A DNA stretch of 64,000 bases from an uncultured Acidobacteriota bacterium (GCA_963805975.1 CAWDVR010000003.1:64001-128000), one strand, 5' to 3'. Positions 1 through 8,627 are shown, numbered from the stretch's first letter. Made by a program: numbers and translations. The notes: generated by a model not told the origin, from the letters alone.

Positions 1-978
1 CACGTCGGCCGTCACCTCGGCCTCGCGGGTGAGGTCGCCGTCGGCGACGCCCGACACCTCGTCGAGCAGCTTCACGATCGAGCCCTGGATGCTGTCGCGC
101 TCCTCGCGCGACTGGATCAGCGACAGGGTGTTGTCGAGCATGGCGTTGAGCGAGCGCGAGGTGACGCCCAGCTCGTCTCTGCCCAGCACCTCGGCGCGGG
201 CCCCGAAGTCGCCGATGCCGATGCGGGTGAAGGTCTGGCTGATCGAGTTCACCTGCCGCAGCACCAGGCGGGCGAGGTAGAAGGCCGCGGCCAGCGCCAG
301 GATGGTGAGCAGGATGCCGGTGATGCCGATGTTGCGGCGCACGGCGGCGAGCACCGTCTCGGTGGAGGCGAAGGCGCTCTGGGCGCTGGTGTTCGAGAGG
401 TCGGCGAACTTCTTGTTGACCGCCACCAGGTCGGCGAACCCGCGCTCGATCTCGCTGCTGCGGTCGGCGAGATCGGCGCGGCCGATCACCTGGCCGGCGA
501 GCAGCCGCTGGCGCAGCGGCGCGAGCTGGGCATAGGCGCCGTCGATGCGATCGAGGTAGGTCTGCTCGTCCTTCTGCAGGCTCGACTGGCCGAGGCGCGC
601 CAGGGCGGCGGTGAACTCGGGGCTCACCGTCGTCTTCCATTCCGTCTTGTACTTCTCGTGCAGCTTGACCATGCCCTCTTCCTCGCGCCGCACCAGGGCC
701 TCGAGCGTGCCCCGCTCGCTCGCCGAGAGGTCGGCCCGGGTGAGCTGGTCGAGCGCGCCGGTCAGCTTCTCGCGGTGCAGGTTGGCCTCGTCGAGGTCCA
801 TGATCGGCAGCAGCATGAACCCGTAGAGGTTGTCGAACTCGTACTTGAGGACGTCGATGCCGTCGCGCTTGATGGCGCCGGCGCCGGTGAGCGCCACGCC
901 GGCGATCAGGATCACGGCGAGCGGCGTGAGCACGGCGATCAGGGTGAACTTGCCAAAGAGCTTCAGGTTGCGAAACAC
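1..978 (-). CDS. pilJ: Methyl-accepting chemotaxis protein, PilJ-like (5' part; runs off the window)
   Basis: Not in ORF track. GTG at 978 after AAGGAG; reads MFRNLKLFGKFTLIAVL (TM), a 4-helix sensor region, a second TM, HAMP, then IQGSIVKLLDEVSGVADGDLTREAEVTADV, typical of PilJ-type MCPs. Confidence 0.85.
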   Translation of the reverse strand, partial: MFRNLKLFGKFTLIAVLTPLAVILIAGVALTGAGAIKRDGIDVLKYEFDNLYGFMLLPIMDLDEANLHREKLTGALDQLTRADLSASERGTLEALVRREEEGMVKLHEKYKTEWKTTVSPEFTAALARLGQSSLQKDEQTYLDRIDGAYAQLAPLRQRLLAGQVIGRADLADRSSEIERGFADLVAVNKKFADLSNTSAQSAFASTETVLAAVRRNIGITGILLTILALAAAFYLARLVLRQVNSISQTFTRIGIGDFGARAEVLGRDELGVTSRSLNAMLDNTLSLIQSREERDSIQGSIVKLLDEVSGVADGDLTREAEVTADV

Positions 979-1069
979 GGACGTCTCCTTTCAGGCGAAG
1001 GAACGAGGACGATGGTGGCGCCGCGGCCCGGCGGCTGCACGACGCACGAGCTGCCGGCGCAAGCCCGCA

Positions 1070-1696
1070 TCACGCGGCCTCCACGGCGCCCAGCGCATCA
1101 GCGGCCAGCAGGCGCGCGACGTCGAGCACGGCGACCACTTCGCCGCCCTGCTCGACGACGCCGGTGAGATAGATCGACGCGGGGTCGTCCAGCAGCGCCG
1201 CGGCGCGCACCACGCGCGAAGCCGCGAAGCTCGCCAGGCCCGCCACCTGGTCCACCACCAGGCCGGTGTAGGGCTCGGGGCCCGCGCCGCGCACCACCAG
1301 CAGGCGCCCCATGGCGGGGCCCTCGGCGGCGGCGCCCAGGAAGAGGGCGAGGTCGACCACCGACAGGATCTCGCCGCGCAGATTGATGACGCCGAGCACC
1401 CAGGGCGGCAGGTGGGGTACCGGAGTGACGGGCGGCACCGACCCGACCTCGATCACGGCGCCGATCGGCACCGCGTAGCGGGCGCGGCCGAGCGAGAACA
1501 CGATGTAGCGCTCGAGGGCGGGCTCTTCCGGCGCCGGCGGCGGCCATCCGCCCGCGTCGGCCCCCGCGTCGATTCCTGGGCCGGCGCCGCGGGCCTTGCC
1601 GGGCTCCGCCACGGGGTGGCTCGCCACCTCGGCGTCGAGCGCGCCCAGGAGATCGGCCAGCGCGTCGGCCGAAGAGCCGTGATCGTCGTCGTTCAT
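1070..1696 (-). CDS. cheW: CheW/PilI-like coupling protein
   Basis: YIVFSLGRARYAVPI...VTPVPHLPPWVLGVINLRGEILSVVDL motif; ATG at 1696 after GGAGGGAG. Confidence 0.9.
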   Translation of the reverse strand: MNDDDHGSSADALADLLGALDAEVASHPVAEPGKARGAGPGIDAGADAGGWPPPAPEEPALERYIVFSLGRARYAVPIGAVIEVGSVPPVTPVPHLPPWVLGVINLRGEILSVVDLALFLGAAAEGPAMGRLLVVRGAGPEPYTGLVVDQVAGLASFAASRVVRAAALLDDPASIYLTGVVEQGGEVVAVLDVARLLAADALGAVEAA

Positions 1697-1724
1697 CGGG
1701 TGTCTCCCTCCTCCGGCCTCGCGG

Positions 1725-2090
1725 CTACAGGTAGCGGGCCGCGGCGGCGCGCAGCTCGTCATCCGAGAACGGCTTCGTCAGGTACTCGTCGGCACCCTGC
1801 TTCAGGCCCCAGAAGCGGTCGCTGTCCTGTGTCTTGCTGGTGACCAGCACGATCTTGATGTCCTGGGTGTCGGGAGCGGTCTTCAACTGGCGGCAGACCT
1901 GGAAGCCGTTTTTCTTCGGCAGCACCACGTCCAGGAAGATCAGGTCCGGCCGCCCGCTGGCCGCTTTCTCGAGCGCTTCCTCGCCATCGGCGGCGGTCAG
2001 CAGGCGGTAGCCGCGGGGGGCGAGCGCCTGGGTCATGAGCTTCAGGTCGGTCGGGCTGTCGTCGACTAAGAGGATGGTCTGGCCGGGCAT
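1725..2090 (-). CDS. pilH: Single-domain response regulator, PilH-like
   Basis: LLVDDS, LDVVLP, VTSKTQDSDRFWGLKQGADEYLTKPF (PilH-type C-terminal signature). Confidence 0.85.
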   Translation of the reverse strand: MPGQTILLVDDSPTDLKLMTQALAPRGYRLLTAADGEEALEKAASGRPDLIFLDVVLPKKNGFQVCRQLKTAPDTQDIKIVLVTSKTQDSDRFWGLKQGADEYLTKPFSDDELRAAAARYL

Positions 2091-2111
2091 CGAGCTCTCC
2101 TTCAGAATCCT

Positions 2112-3002
2112 TCAGAAAGGGATGCGGTCGATCGTGAGCGCCAGGTCGCGGAGGAAGACGCCGTAGCTCTCCCGCCACTCGCCCGCGGCGGTGGCCGACC
2201 GCAGCCGGCGGCCGGAGAGGTCGAGGAAGGTCTCGAAGACCAGGCCCATGGCGCGGGCGATCTCCTGGAAGGAGCGGCTGCGCTCGGCCTCGTCGGTGGC
2301 CCACAGGCGATAGAAGCTGGCGGCGTTGGCCGTGGAGAGCCGGTTGGCCTGGGCGGTCAGCACGCGGGCCATCGGGTGCTTGCCGACGGCGCTCTGGAGC
2401 ACCGGCGCCAGGGCGGCGCTCGAAGCCTCGTCCCCCCGGCCCCCGGCGCTCTCGGTGAAGGCGACCGCCTGGTTGATCATGTCGGCCAGCATCTCGAGGG
2501 CGACGAGCGGCCGCTTCCTCCCCTTTTCCGCCAGCCGCGACATGCCCTGCTCGAGCCGCGACAGCAGGAGCATCAGCTCGCCTTCGAGCGCCTCGTCGCT
2601 CTGCTGCTCCGGCCAGGCGAGCTCGTCGTTGGCGATCGGCAGGGTCGGCCCGAGGTCGGCGGCCATCAGCCAGGCGCTCTCCGCGCGGTCGCGCACGCTC
2701 TCGTCCATCTGGCGGGCCGCTTCGAGGAGCAGGTGGCGCCAGCCGGTGCGGATGCTGTGCGCCGGCGAGCGCACGCGGTCGGTGATGTGGAACGTGCCGT
2801 CCTGCCAGGTGAGGAGCTGGAACGCCGCCTCCTCGCCCTGGAGCGGGCCCAGGAGGGCGTGGACGATCTCACCCTCTTGCAGGTAGAGGACACCTTCCTC
2901 GCCGCGGCGCCGCACCACCAGGCCCACCGAGCGCCGTTCCGTACAGAGGAGTTGCACGACGCTCGAGATCTCGAAGTCCTTGATGTCGCCCTCAACCGCC
3001 AT
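2112..3002 (-). CDS. DUF4388 (PatA N-terminal-like) domain protein
   Basis: N-terminal EGDIKDFEISSVVQLL...GVLYLQEGEIVHA...GEEAAFQLLTWQDGTF...LLLEAARQMDE pattern. Confidence 0.8.
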   Translation of the reverse strand: MAVEGDIKDFEISSVVQLLCTERRSVGLVVRRRGEEGVLYLQEGEIVHALLGPLQGEEAAFQLLTWQDGTFHITDRVRSPAHSIRTGWRHLLLEAARQMDESVRDRAESAWLMAADLGPTLPIANDELAWPEQQSDEALEGELMLLLSRLEQGMSRLAEKGRKRPLVALEMLADMINQAVAFTESAGGRGDEASSAALAPVLQSAVGKHPMARVLTAQANRLSTANAASFYRLWATDEAERSRSFQEIARAMGLVFETFLDLSGRRLRSATAAGEWRESYGVFLRDLALTIDRIPF

Positions 3003-4023
3003 GCGCTTCTCGCGGGCAGTGCTGCTCCACCGCTTTCACCAGATGGGCAGGGTCGAAGGGCTTGGTGATGTAGTCGGTGGCGCCGGCCAGGCGGCCGCGC
3101 ACCTTGTCGAAGAAGCCGTCCCGGCCCGAGAGCATCACCACCGGCACGCCGCGGGTCGCGGCGTTGGCGCGCACCAGCTTGCAGAGCTGGTAGCCGTCCA
3201 TGTGCGGCATCGAGACGTCGAGCAGGATCAGGTCCGGCACCGCGTCGTCGAGCTTGGCGAGAGCCTGGAGCGCGTTGCCGGCCACCAGCACCTCGTGGCC
3301 CTGGCGCTCGAGGGCGACGCCGACGATCTTGAGCACCGTCGGGCTGTCGTCCACCACCAGGATGGTGCGTCGCGGCTGGCCTGGAGCGGCCGGCCGGCGC
3401 AGGTAGGCGGCGGCGCGGACGGCCGCCTCCTGGCGGCGGGCGAGCTCCTCGATCGCCGCCGAGAGCCTGCCGTCCTCGGGCTTGAGCTGGCGTGCCACCC
3501 GCAGCCGGGTCAGGCCTTCGTAGGTCCGCCGCAGGTTGAGATAGCCGAGGGCGATCGCCAGGTGCACCTCGAAGGTGACGGCGTCGCCGGAGAGCCCCTC
3601 CAGCCGTTCGAGGGCGCCCTTCAGGATGTCGCCGTCCGCCTCGGTGTTGGCGAGCAGGGAGTCGAGGTCGTCGAGCCGCACCACCGCCCGGCACTGCGGG
3701 CACTTCGCGACCTCGACCAGCGACTCGCCGTGACAGAACGGGCAGCGCCAGTGCTTACGTTTCTGGGCGCTGCCGGCCCGCACCCGCTCGAGCCAGCTCC
3801 GGGTGCGCTCGTCGGCCGGGTTGACGGCCAGCGCCTTCTCGAGAAAGGAAACTGTCTCGCCGCGGTGCGTCGCCACCGAGGCGAGCCACAGCCAGGCCAG
3901 CTCTTCGTTCGGTGCCAGCTCGGCCGCCGCCAGCAGCTTCTCTCTCGCCGTCGCCTTGTCCCCCTGCTTGGCGGCGGCGATCCCCGTCTTGAGCAGATCC
4001 CGTTGTCGATTCACAGCCAGCAT
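2992..4023 (-). CDS. PilG-like response regulator with N-terminal TPR and CxxC..CxxC zinc ribbon
   Basis: C-terminal receiver with MLSGRDGFFDKVRGRLAGATDYITKPF (PilG signature); TPR AWLWLA; CPFC and CPQC. Confidence 0.85.
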   Translation of the reverse strand: MLAVNRQRDLLKTGIAAAKQGDKATAREKLLAAAELAPNEELAWLWLASVATHRGETVSFLEKALAVNPADERTRSWLERVRAGSAQKRKHWRCPFCHGESLVEVAKCPQCRAVVRLDDLDSLLANTEADGDILKGALERLEGLSGDAVTFEVHLAIALGYLNLRRTYEGLTRLRVARQLKPEDGRLSAAIEELARRQEAAVRAAAYLRRPAAPGQPRRTILVVDDSPTVLKIVGVALERQGHEVLVAGNALQALAKLDDAVPDLILLDVSMPHMDGYQLCKLVRANAATRGVPVVMLSGRDGFFDKVRGRLAGATDYITKPFDPAHLVKAVEQHCPREAHGG

Positions 4024-4051
4024 GCTCGCGCCTCTCTCTCAGTGTCCCGGC

Positions 4052-4207
4052 TCAGGTGCGGACGAACTTGTCGATCCCTTCCTCGCGCCACACCCGCAGG
4101 GTCATCTGGTCCTTGGGGTCGATGGGCACGCCGATGGCGTTGACCGGTACGTTGTGGTTCCTCTGGATCTCGATCCAGGTGCGCTTGATGGCGGGGTCCA
4201 ATGGCAT
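4052..4207 (-). CDS. 51-aa small protein MPLDPAIKRTWIEIQRNHNVPVNAIGVPIDPKDQMTLRVWREEGIDKFVRT
   Basis: Hand-translated, below the ORF-track cutoff; GAGGGA upstream of ATG, GC-rich third positions, fills the gap between two co-oriented genes. Confidence 0.85.
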   Translation of the reverse strand: MPLDPAIKRTWIEIQRNHNVPVNAIGVPIDPKDQMTLRVWREEGIDKFVRT

Positions 4208-4225
4208 GGTGATCCCTCGGGAGAT

Positions 4226-5527
4226 TTAGGAGACAGCTTCGAGCCGGGCATCGGCCAGAAGGTCGTGGAACGAGCCGGCGCCGGCGTCCAGGCGGCCTTC
4301 GTCGGCCACCACGGCGAGCGCCGCGCGCTCGAGGCTCGGGGCGAGCCAGGTTTCGGCCAGCTCTACCAGGTGCCGGCGCCGGACCTGGGAGAGGGCGGTC
4401 ACCACCTCCTCGTCCGGCAGCGGCCGGCCGAAGTAGAGCTCCTGGGTGGCGAGGCGGCTCATGCGGGTCGCCGAGCTCTCGGCGGCGATCAGGTGCTGGT
4501 TGGTGAGCGCGGTGACCGCGCGCGCCAGCTCTTCGTCGTCGACCGGCTCGTCGCCGCTCGCCAGCCGGGCGAGCTCGGCGGCGACCAGCCGCAGCACCGC
4601 CGGCAGGTTCTCCGGCGTGGTCGAGCCCTCGAGCAGCAGGACGCCACCCTGGGCGTAGGCCTGGTAGGAGCTGCCGATGGCGTAGACCAGCCCGCGCTCC
4701 TCGCGCACGCGCCGGAAGAGGCGCGAGCTGATGCCGCCGCCCAGCAGGCGGTCGAGCACGTGCAGGCGGTAGCGCTCGGGGGCGGTGAAGGCGAAGGCCG
4801 GCAGGGCGAGCGCGAAGTAGGCCTGCGAGATCGGCGCGTGGTGAACCACCGTGCCGCCGCGATGCGGGGCCGGCTGCGGGCGGCGCGGCGCGCTCTCGCC
4901 CAGGAGGCGCCAGAACGCGTCCCGGCTCTGGGCCACGAAGTCGGCGTGGTCGAGGTGGCCGGCGGCGGCGATCAGGGTACGGGCCGGGGTGTAATGGCGG
5001 GCCGCGAAGTAGATGGCGTCCTCGCGCGTCAGGCCGCGCACCGTCTCCGGCGAGCCGGCGATCGGCCGGCCCATCGGGTGCCCGCTCCAGGCGAGCTGCT
5101 TGACCAGATCCTCGGCGAAGTGCGGGGGCGAGTCGCGGCGCGCCTCGAGCTCGCAGGCGATGGTCTCCTTCTGCCGCTCGACGGCCGTCTCCGGAAAGGT
5201 GGAGCTCAGGAGCACGTCACCCAGGAGGTCGAGCGCGTGGTAGCGGTAGTCGTCGAGCACGTGGGCCGTCAGGCAGGTGTAGTCGCGGGTGACGAAGCCG
5301 CCGACCTGGCCCCCGGCACCGTCCATCAGCCGCGCGATCGCCAGCGCATCCCGGCTCGCCGTGCCCTGGAAGAGCAGGTGCTCGACCAGGTGGGCGATGC
5401 CGGAGGTGCCGCTCTCCTCGTCGGCCGGGCCGGCGTCGACCAGGACGCCGATCGAGATGGACCGCGAGCGTGGCATGGCCTCGGTGATCACCCGGATGCC
5501 GTTGTCGAGGACCGTTTTCTCGATCAA
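4226..5527 (-). CDS. M16B (pitrilysin/insulinase family) zinc peptidase
   Basis: Inverted zinc motif GIAHLVEHLLFQGT, downstream Glu ligand, LGGGISSRLFRRVREERGLVY; TTG start; no signal peptide. Confidence 0.92.
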   Translation of the reverse strand: MIEKTVLDNGIRVITEAMPRSRSISIGVLVDAGPADEESGTSGIAHLVEHLLFQGTASRDALAIARLMDGAGGQVGGFVTRDYTCLTAHVLDDYRYHALDLLGDVLLSSTFPETAVERQKETIACELEARRDSPPHFAEDLVKQLAWSGHPMGRPIAGSPETVRGLTREDAIYFAARHYTPARTLIAAAGHLDHADFVAQSRDAFWRLLGESAPRRPQPAPHRGGTVVHHAPISQAYFALALPAFAFTAPERYRLHVLDRLLGGGISSRLFRRVREERGLVYAIGSSYQAYAQGGVLLLEGSTTPENLPAVLRLVAAELARLASGDEPVDDEELARAVTALTNQHLIAAESSATRMSRLATQELYFGRPLPDEEVVTALSQVRRRHLVELAETWLAPSLERAALAVVADEGRLDAGAGSFHDLLADARLEAVS

Positions 5528-5652
5528 GAGTCAAACTCCCGCTGTCGCGAGCAGTTGGCGTCGATCAAGACACTCTAGTATGTTAAAAATACTAGAAATG
5601 TCGTGATACGAGCCGGTGCACTTCAGGCGTAGCTAGAAACAAGGCAAGACTC

Positions 5653-5669
5653 AGCAAGAGGCATACCAG
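5653..5669 (-). promoter_or_regulatory. Sigma54 -24/-12 promoter for the M16 peptidase-chemosensory operon
   Basis: Minus strand CTGGTATGCCTCTTGCT with exact GG-N10-GC spacing, about 125 bp upstream of the first gene. Confidence 0.75.
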
Positions 5670-5740
5670 TGAAGGGGACCGGGAAGGTTCGCTCTTTGCG
5701 CCCATTCTTGGCCACGCGTTGAAACGAATTCGTGTCACGT

Positions 5741-5777
5741 TGTCTGAGATTCAGACACACTGTCTGCTTTTAGGAGG
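5741..5777. promoter_or_regulatory. Putative enhancer (UAS) pair for a sigma54 activator
   Basis: Perfect palindrome TGTCTGA-GAT-TCAGACA (5741-5757) plus a degenerate copy starting TGTCTG at 5761; centred about -107 and -127 from the predicted start. Confidence 0.65.
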
Positions 5778-5782
5778 ACTGA

Positions 5783-7087
5783 TTGAGCCGAAGGAAACTT
5801 CTCTCGACTGCTGCGATCTGTGGGTTGGGGATCGGCCTGCTGGCGGCCCGGCGGCGCAACGCGCAGCTCGCACGCGAGAACCTCGCCCTGGAGAAGCGCC
5901 AGCGGGAAACCGACGAGGAAGTGCGGCTCCGGCAGGCGATCAGCAATGCGGCGCGCGAGTGGCAGCTCACCTTCGACGCCGTCGAGTCCGTGCTGCTGGT
6001 GATGGACGGCGAGGGTCGTGTGCGGCGCATGAACCGTGCCGCGAGCCTTCTCGCCGGCCGGCCCTACCGCGAGCTCCTCGGCCTCGAGGTGGGGGCGATC
6101 GGCGCCGGCGAGCCGTGGGCGACGGCCGCCGCCCTGGCGGCGGAGGTGGCGCAGGACCGGGCCTCGCGCACGCTTTCCGCCGTCGACCCGGCCGCCGGCA
6201 CCACGTGGGATTTGTCAGCTACGGTCTCTGGGTCGGCCACCGTTTCGGGGTCTGCCACGGTCTCGGGATCGGGTACGCGGGCTTCGGGTGCAGGGCACGG
6301 GGGGGCCGACCTGGACCACGTGATCCTGGTGGCGCGCGACGTCACCGGCCTGGTGCGCCTCCAGGAGTCGCTGCACAAGAGCGAGGTGATGTCGGCCATG
6401 GGCTCACTGGTGGCCGGTGTGGCCCACGAGGTCCGCAATCCCCTGTTCGGCATCTCGGCGGCGCTCGACGCTTTCGAGAGCCGCTTCGGCGACCGCGAGG
6501 ACTACGGCCGCTATCTCTACGTGCTGCGCAGCCAGCTCACCCGCCTCAACCGGCTGATGACCCAGCTCCTCGACTACGGCAAGCCGCCGCGGCTCGAGGT
6601 CGGCGCCGAGAGCCTCGCCGAGGTGCTGGCGGAGGCGATCGTCAACTGCTCGTCGCTCGCCGGCCAGCAACAGGTGGAGATCCAGCCGCGGCTCGCCGCC
6701 GATCTGCCGCCGGTGCCGATGGACCGCCAGCGCATGCTGCAGGTGCTCCAGAACCTGCTCGAGAACGCTATCCAGCACAGCCCGGCGCCCGGCGTGGTGG
6801 AGGTGGAAGGTGGGGTCGAGAACGGGACGGAGGCTCCCGCCCTGGTGTTCGCCATCCGCGACTCCGGCCCCGGCTTTCGGCCGGAAGACCTGCCCAAGGT
6901 CTTCGATCCCTTCTTCACCCGCCGCCGGGACGGGACCGGTCTCGGGCTCTCGATCGTCCATCGCATCGTCGAGCAGCACGGCGGAGCGATCCGGGCCGGC
7001 AACCGCGACGGCGGCGGCGGCGAGCTGCTGCTGCGCCTGCCGCTCGCCGAGCCTGGCACACCGGCCCTGCCGGCGAGCGGGCGATGA
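5783..7087 (+). CDS. NtrB-type sensor histidine kinase (short TM, PAS, HisKA, HATPase)
   Basis: GVAHEVRNPL H-box, NLLENAIQHS N-box, DSGPG, FDPFFT, GTGLGLSI; AGGAGG before TTG. Confidence 0.92.
   Translation: MSRRKLLSTAAICGLGIGLLAARRRNAQLARENLALEKRQRETDEEVRLRQAISNAAREWQLTFDAVESVLLVMDGEGRVRRMNRAASLLAGRPYRELLGLEVGAIGAGEPWATAAALAAEVAQDRASRTLSAVDPAAGTTWDLSATVSGSATVSGSATVSGSGTRASGAGHGGADLDHVILVARDVTGLVRLQESLHKSEVMSAMGSLVAGVAHEVRNPLFGISAALDAFESRFGDREDYGRYLYVLRSQLTRLNRLMTQLLDYGKPPRLEVGAESLAEVLAEAIVNCSSLAGQQQVEIQPRLAADLPPVPMDRQRMLQVLQNLLENAIQHSPAPGVVEVEGGVENGTEAPALVFAIRDSGPGFRPEDLPKVFDPFFTRRRDGTGLGLSIVHRIVEQHGGAIRAGNRDGGGGELLLRLPLAEPGTPALPASGR
6215..6268 (+). repeat. 3 x 18-bp coding tandem repeat (SATVSG)3 in the kinase PAS region
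   Basis: tcagctacggtctctggg / tcggccaccgtttcgggg / tctgccacggtctcggga. Confidence 0.85.
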
Positions 7088-8442
7088 GAGCCCGCATCCT
7101 CCTGGTCGACGACCAGGACGCGATCCGCTTCGGCATCCGCGGCTATCTCGAGGCCAAGGGCTACGAGGTGGCGGAAGCCGCTACGCAACGCGAGGCCCTC
7201 GAGAAGCTGGCGGCGCAGCCGTTCGCGGCCGCGGTGGTCGATCACCACCTGCCGGACGGCAATGCCCTCGAGCTCCTGGCCGCCTTGAAGGAGGCCCACC
7301 TGCGGCTGCCGGTGGTGATCCTCACCGCCTACGGCTCGATCGACCTCGCGGTGGCGGCGATCCGCGAGGGTGCCGAGCACTTCCTGACCAAGCCGGTCGA
7401 GCTCTCGGCACTCGAGGTGCTTCTCGAGCGGGTGCTCGAGAACCAGCGCAACCGGCAGAAGACGCTCGCCGGGCGGGCCGGCGGCTTGCGGCGCCCGCTC
7501 GACCCGTTCGTGGGCACGAGCCGCGGCATCCGTGAGCTCAGGGCCCAGGCCGCCAAGGTGGTGGACAGCGAGAGCCCCCTCCTGATCCAGGGCGAGACCG
7601 GTTCGGGAAAGGGCGTGCTCGCCGCCTGGCTCCATGCCCATGGCCCGCGGGCGGACGAGGCCTTCGTGGACCTGAACTGCGCCGGCCTGTCCCGGGAGCT
7701 GCTGGAGAGCGAGCTCTTCGGCCACGTCAAGGGCGCTTTCACCGGCGCCGCGTTCCACAAGGCGGGCCTGTTCGAGGCCGCGCACCGCGGCTCGGTCTTC
7801 CTGGACGAGATCGGCGACCTCGAGCTCGGCGTCCAACCCAAGCTGCTCAAGGTGCTGGAGGAGAAGCGGTTCCGCCGGCTGGGCGACGTCAAGGACCGCA
7901 GCGTCGACATCCGGCTGATCTCGGCGACGCACTGGGACCTCTTCGCCCAGGTCGAGCAGCGGACCTTCCGCGGCGATCTCTACTACCGGCTGGCGGCGAT
8001 CCCGCTGGCGATCCCGCCGCTGCGCGAGAGGCTCGAAGACCTGCCGCAGCTCGTGGCCGACATCCTCGAGCGGCTGCGCCTGGAGCTGGGGAGGGGGGAG
8101 GTGGAGCTGACCGCCGAGGCCATGAAGGCGCTCGCGACCTACCGCTGGCCGGGCAACCTGCGCGAGCTGCGCAACGTGCTCGAGAGGGCCATCCTGCTGG
8201 CCGAGGGCGAGGTGGTAGACGCCGGCGACCTCCGCTTCGCGCAAGTCGCGACGGCGACCGAGGGGTTCGACACCCGCCTCACCCTGGAGCAGATGGAGCG
8301 GCGGCTCATCGAGCGGGTGCTCACCGAGGAAGGGGGCCGCGTGGCCCGTGCCGCCGAGCGCCTGGACGTGCCTCGCAGCACTCTCTACCAGAAGCTCAAA
8401 CGTTTCGGGATCGGCTTTCCAGAATCTGGACAGTCGTCCTGA
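7084..8442 (+). CDS. NtrC-family sigma54-dependent response regulator (REC-AAA+-Fis HTH)
   Basis: ATGA overlap with kinase; GETGSGKG, ESELFGHVKGAFTGA, FLDEIG, WPGNLREL, C-terminal HTH. Confidence 0.95.
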   Translation: MRARILLVDDQDAIRFGIRGYLEAKGYEVAEAATQREALEKLAAQPFAAAVVDHHLPDGNALELLAALKEAHLRLPVVILTAYGSIDLAVAAIREGAEHFLTKPVELSALEVLLERVLENQRNRQKTLAGRAGGLRRPLDPFVGTSRGIRELRAQAAKVVDSESPLLIQGETGSGKGVLAAWLHAHGPRADEAFVDLNCAGLSRELLESELFGHVKGAFTGAAFHKAGLFEAAHRGSVFLDEIGDLELGVQPKLLKVLEEKRFRRLGDVKDRSVDIRLISATHWDLFAQVEQRTFRGDLYYRLAAIPLAIPPLRERLEDLPQLVADILERLRLELGRGEVELTAEAMKALATYRWPGNLRELRNVLERAILLAEGEVVDAGDLRFAQVATATEGFDTRLTLEQMERRLIERVLTEEGGRVARAAERLDVPRSTLYQKLKRFGIGFPESGQSS

Positions 8443-8451
8443 TTCGAGACG
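8416..8451. promoter_or_regulatory. Putative enhancer pair at the 3' end of the NtrC-like gene
   Basis: TTTCCAGAATCTGGACA (8416-8432) and CGTCCTGATTCGAGACG (8435-8451); same GTCY-N7-RGAC geometry as the 5741 palindrome. Confidence 0.55.
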
Positions 8452-8549
8452 GGTGCCTGACGCCTCGGGGTGTCTCTCGTGCGGTGCTCGAGGTCCCTTC
8501 GGGCGACCTGCGCTCCGCGCGAGAGACATCCCGAGGCGTCAGGCACCCC
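8451..8549. repeat. ~100-bp long inverted repeat (REP/REPIN-like element)
   Basis: gggtgcctgacgcctcggggtgtctctcgtgcgg pairs with ccgcgcgagagacatcccgaggcgtcaggcaccc around an inner hairpin. Confidence 0.85.
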
Positions 8550-8554
8550 GTGAC

Positions 8555-8582
8555 TGTCCTCCTGAGCGCAGCGAAGGATCTG
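8555..8582 (+). repeat. Short interspersed repeat of the GTCATCCTGAGCGNAGCGAAGGATCT type
   Basis: tgtcctcctgagcgcagcgaaggatctg resembles a REP-like repeat recalled from other bacterial genomes. Confidence 0.6.
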
Positions 8583-8627
8583 GCGGGCCAGGGGCCCCTG
8601 GCTGCCTGACGGGTCACGTTCTAACCA

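Noticed and set aside
963-1070. Possible 35-aa ORF coupled to the cheW stop (MRACAGSS...)
   Set aside because: No coding bias or recognisable motif, and it overlaps the MCP RBS and start
5783-5860. Twin-arginine-like SRRKLL at the kinase N-terminus
   Set aside because: The kinase domains must be cytoplasmic, and the hydrophobic stretch is followed by RRR; more likely a simple membrane anchor
5719-8442. 907-aa ORF suggesting a long N-terminal extension of the NtrC-like protein
   Set aside because: The extension is an off-frame read of the kinase gene; the real start is the ATGA overlap at 7084
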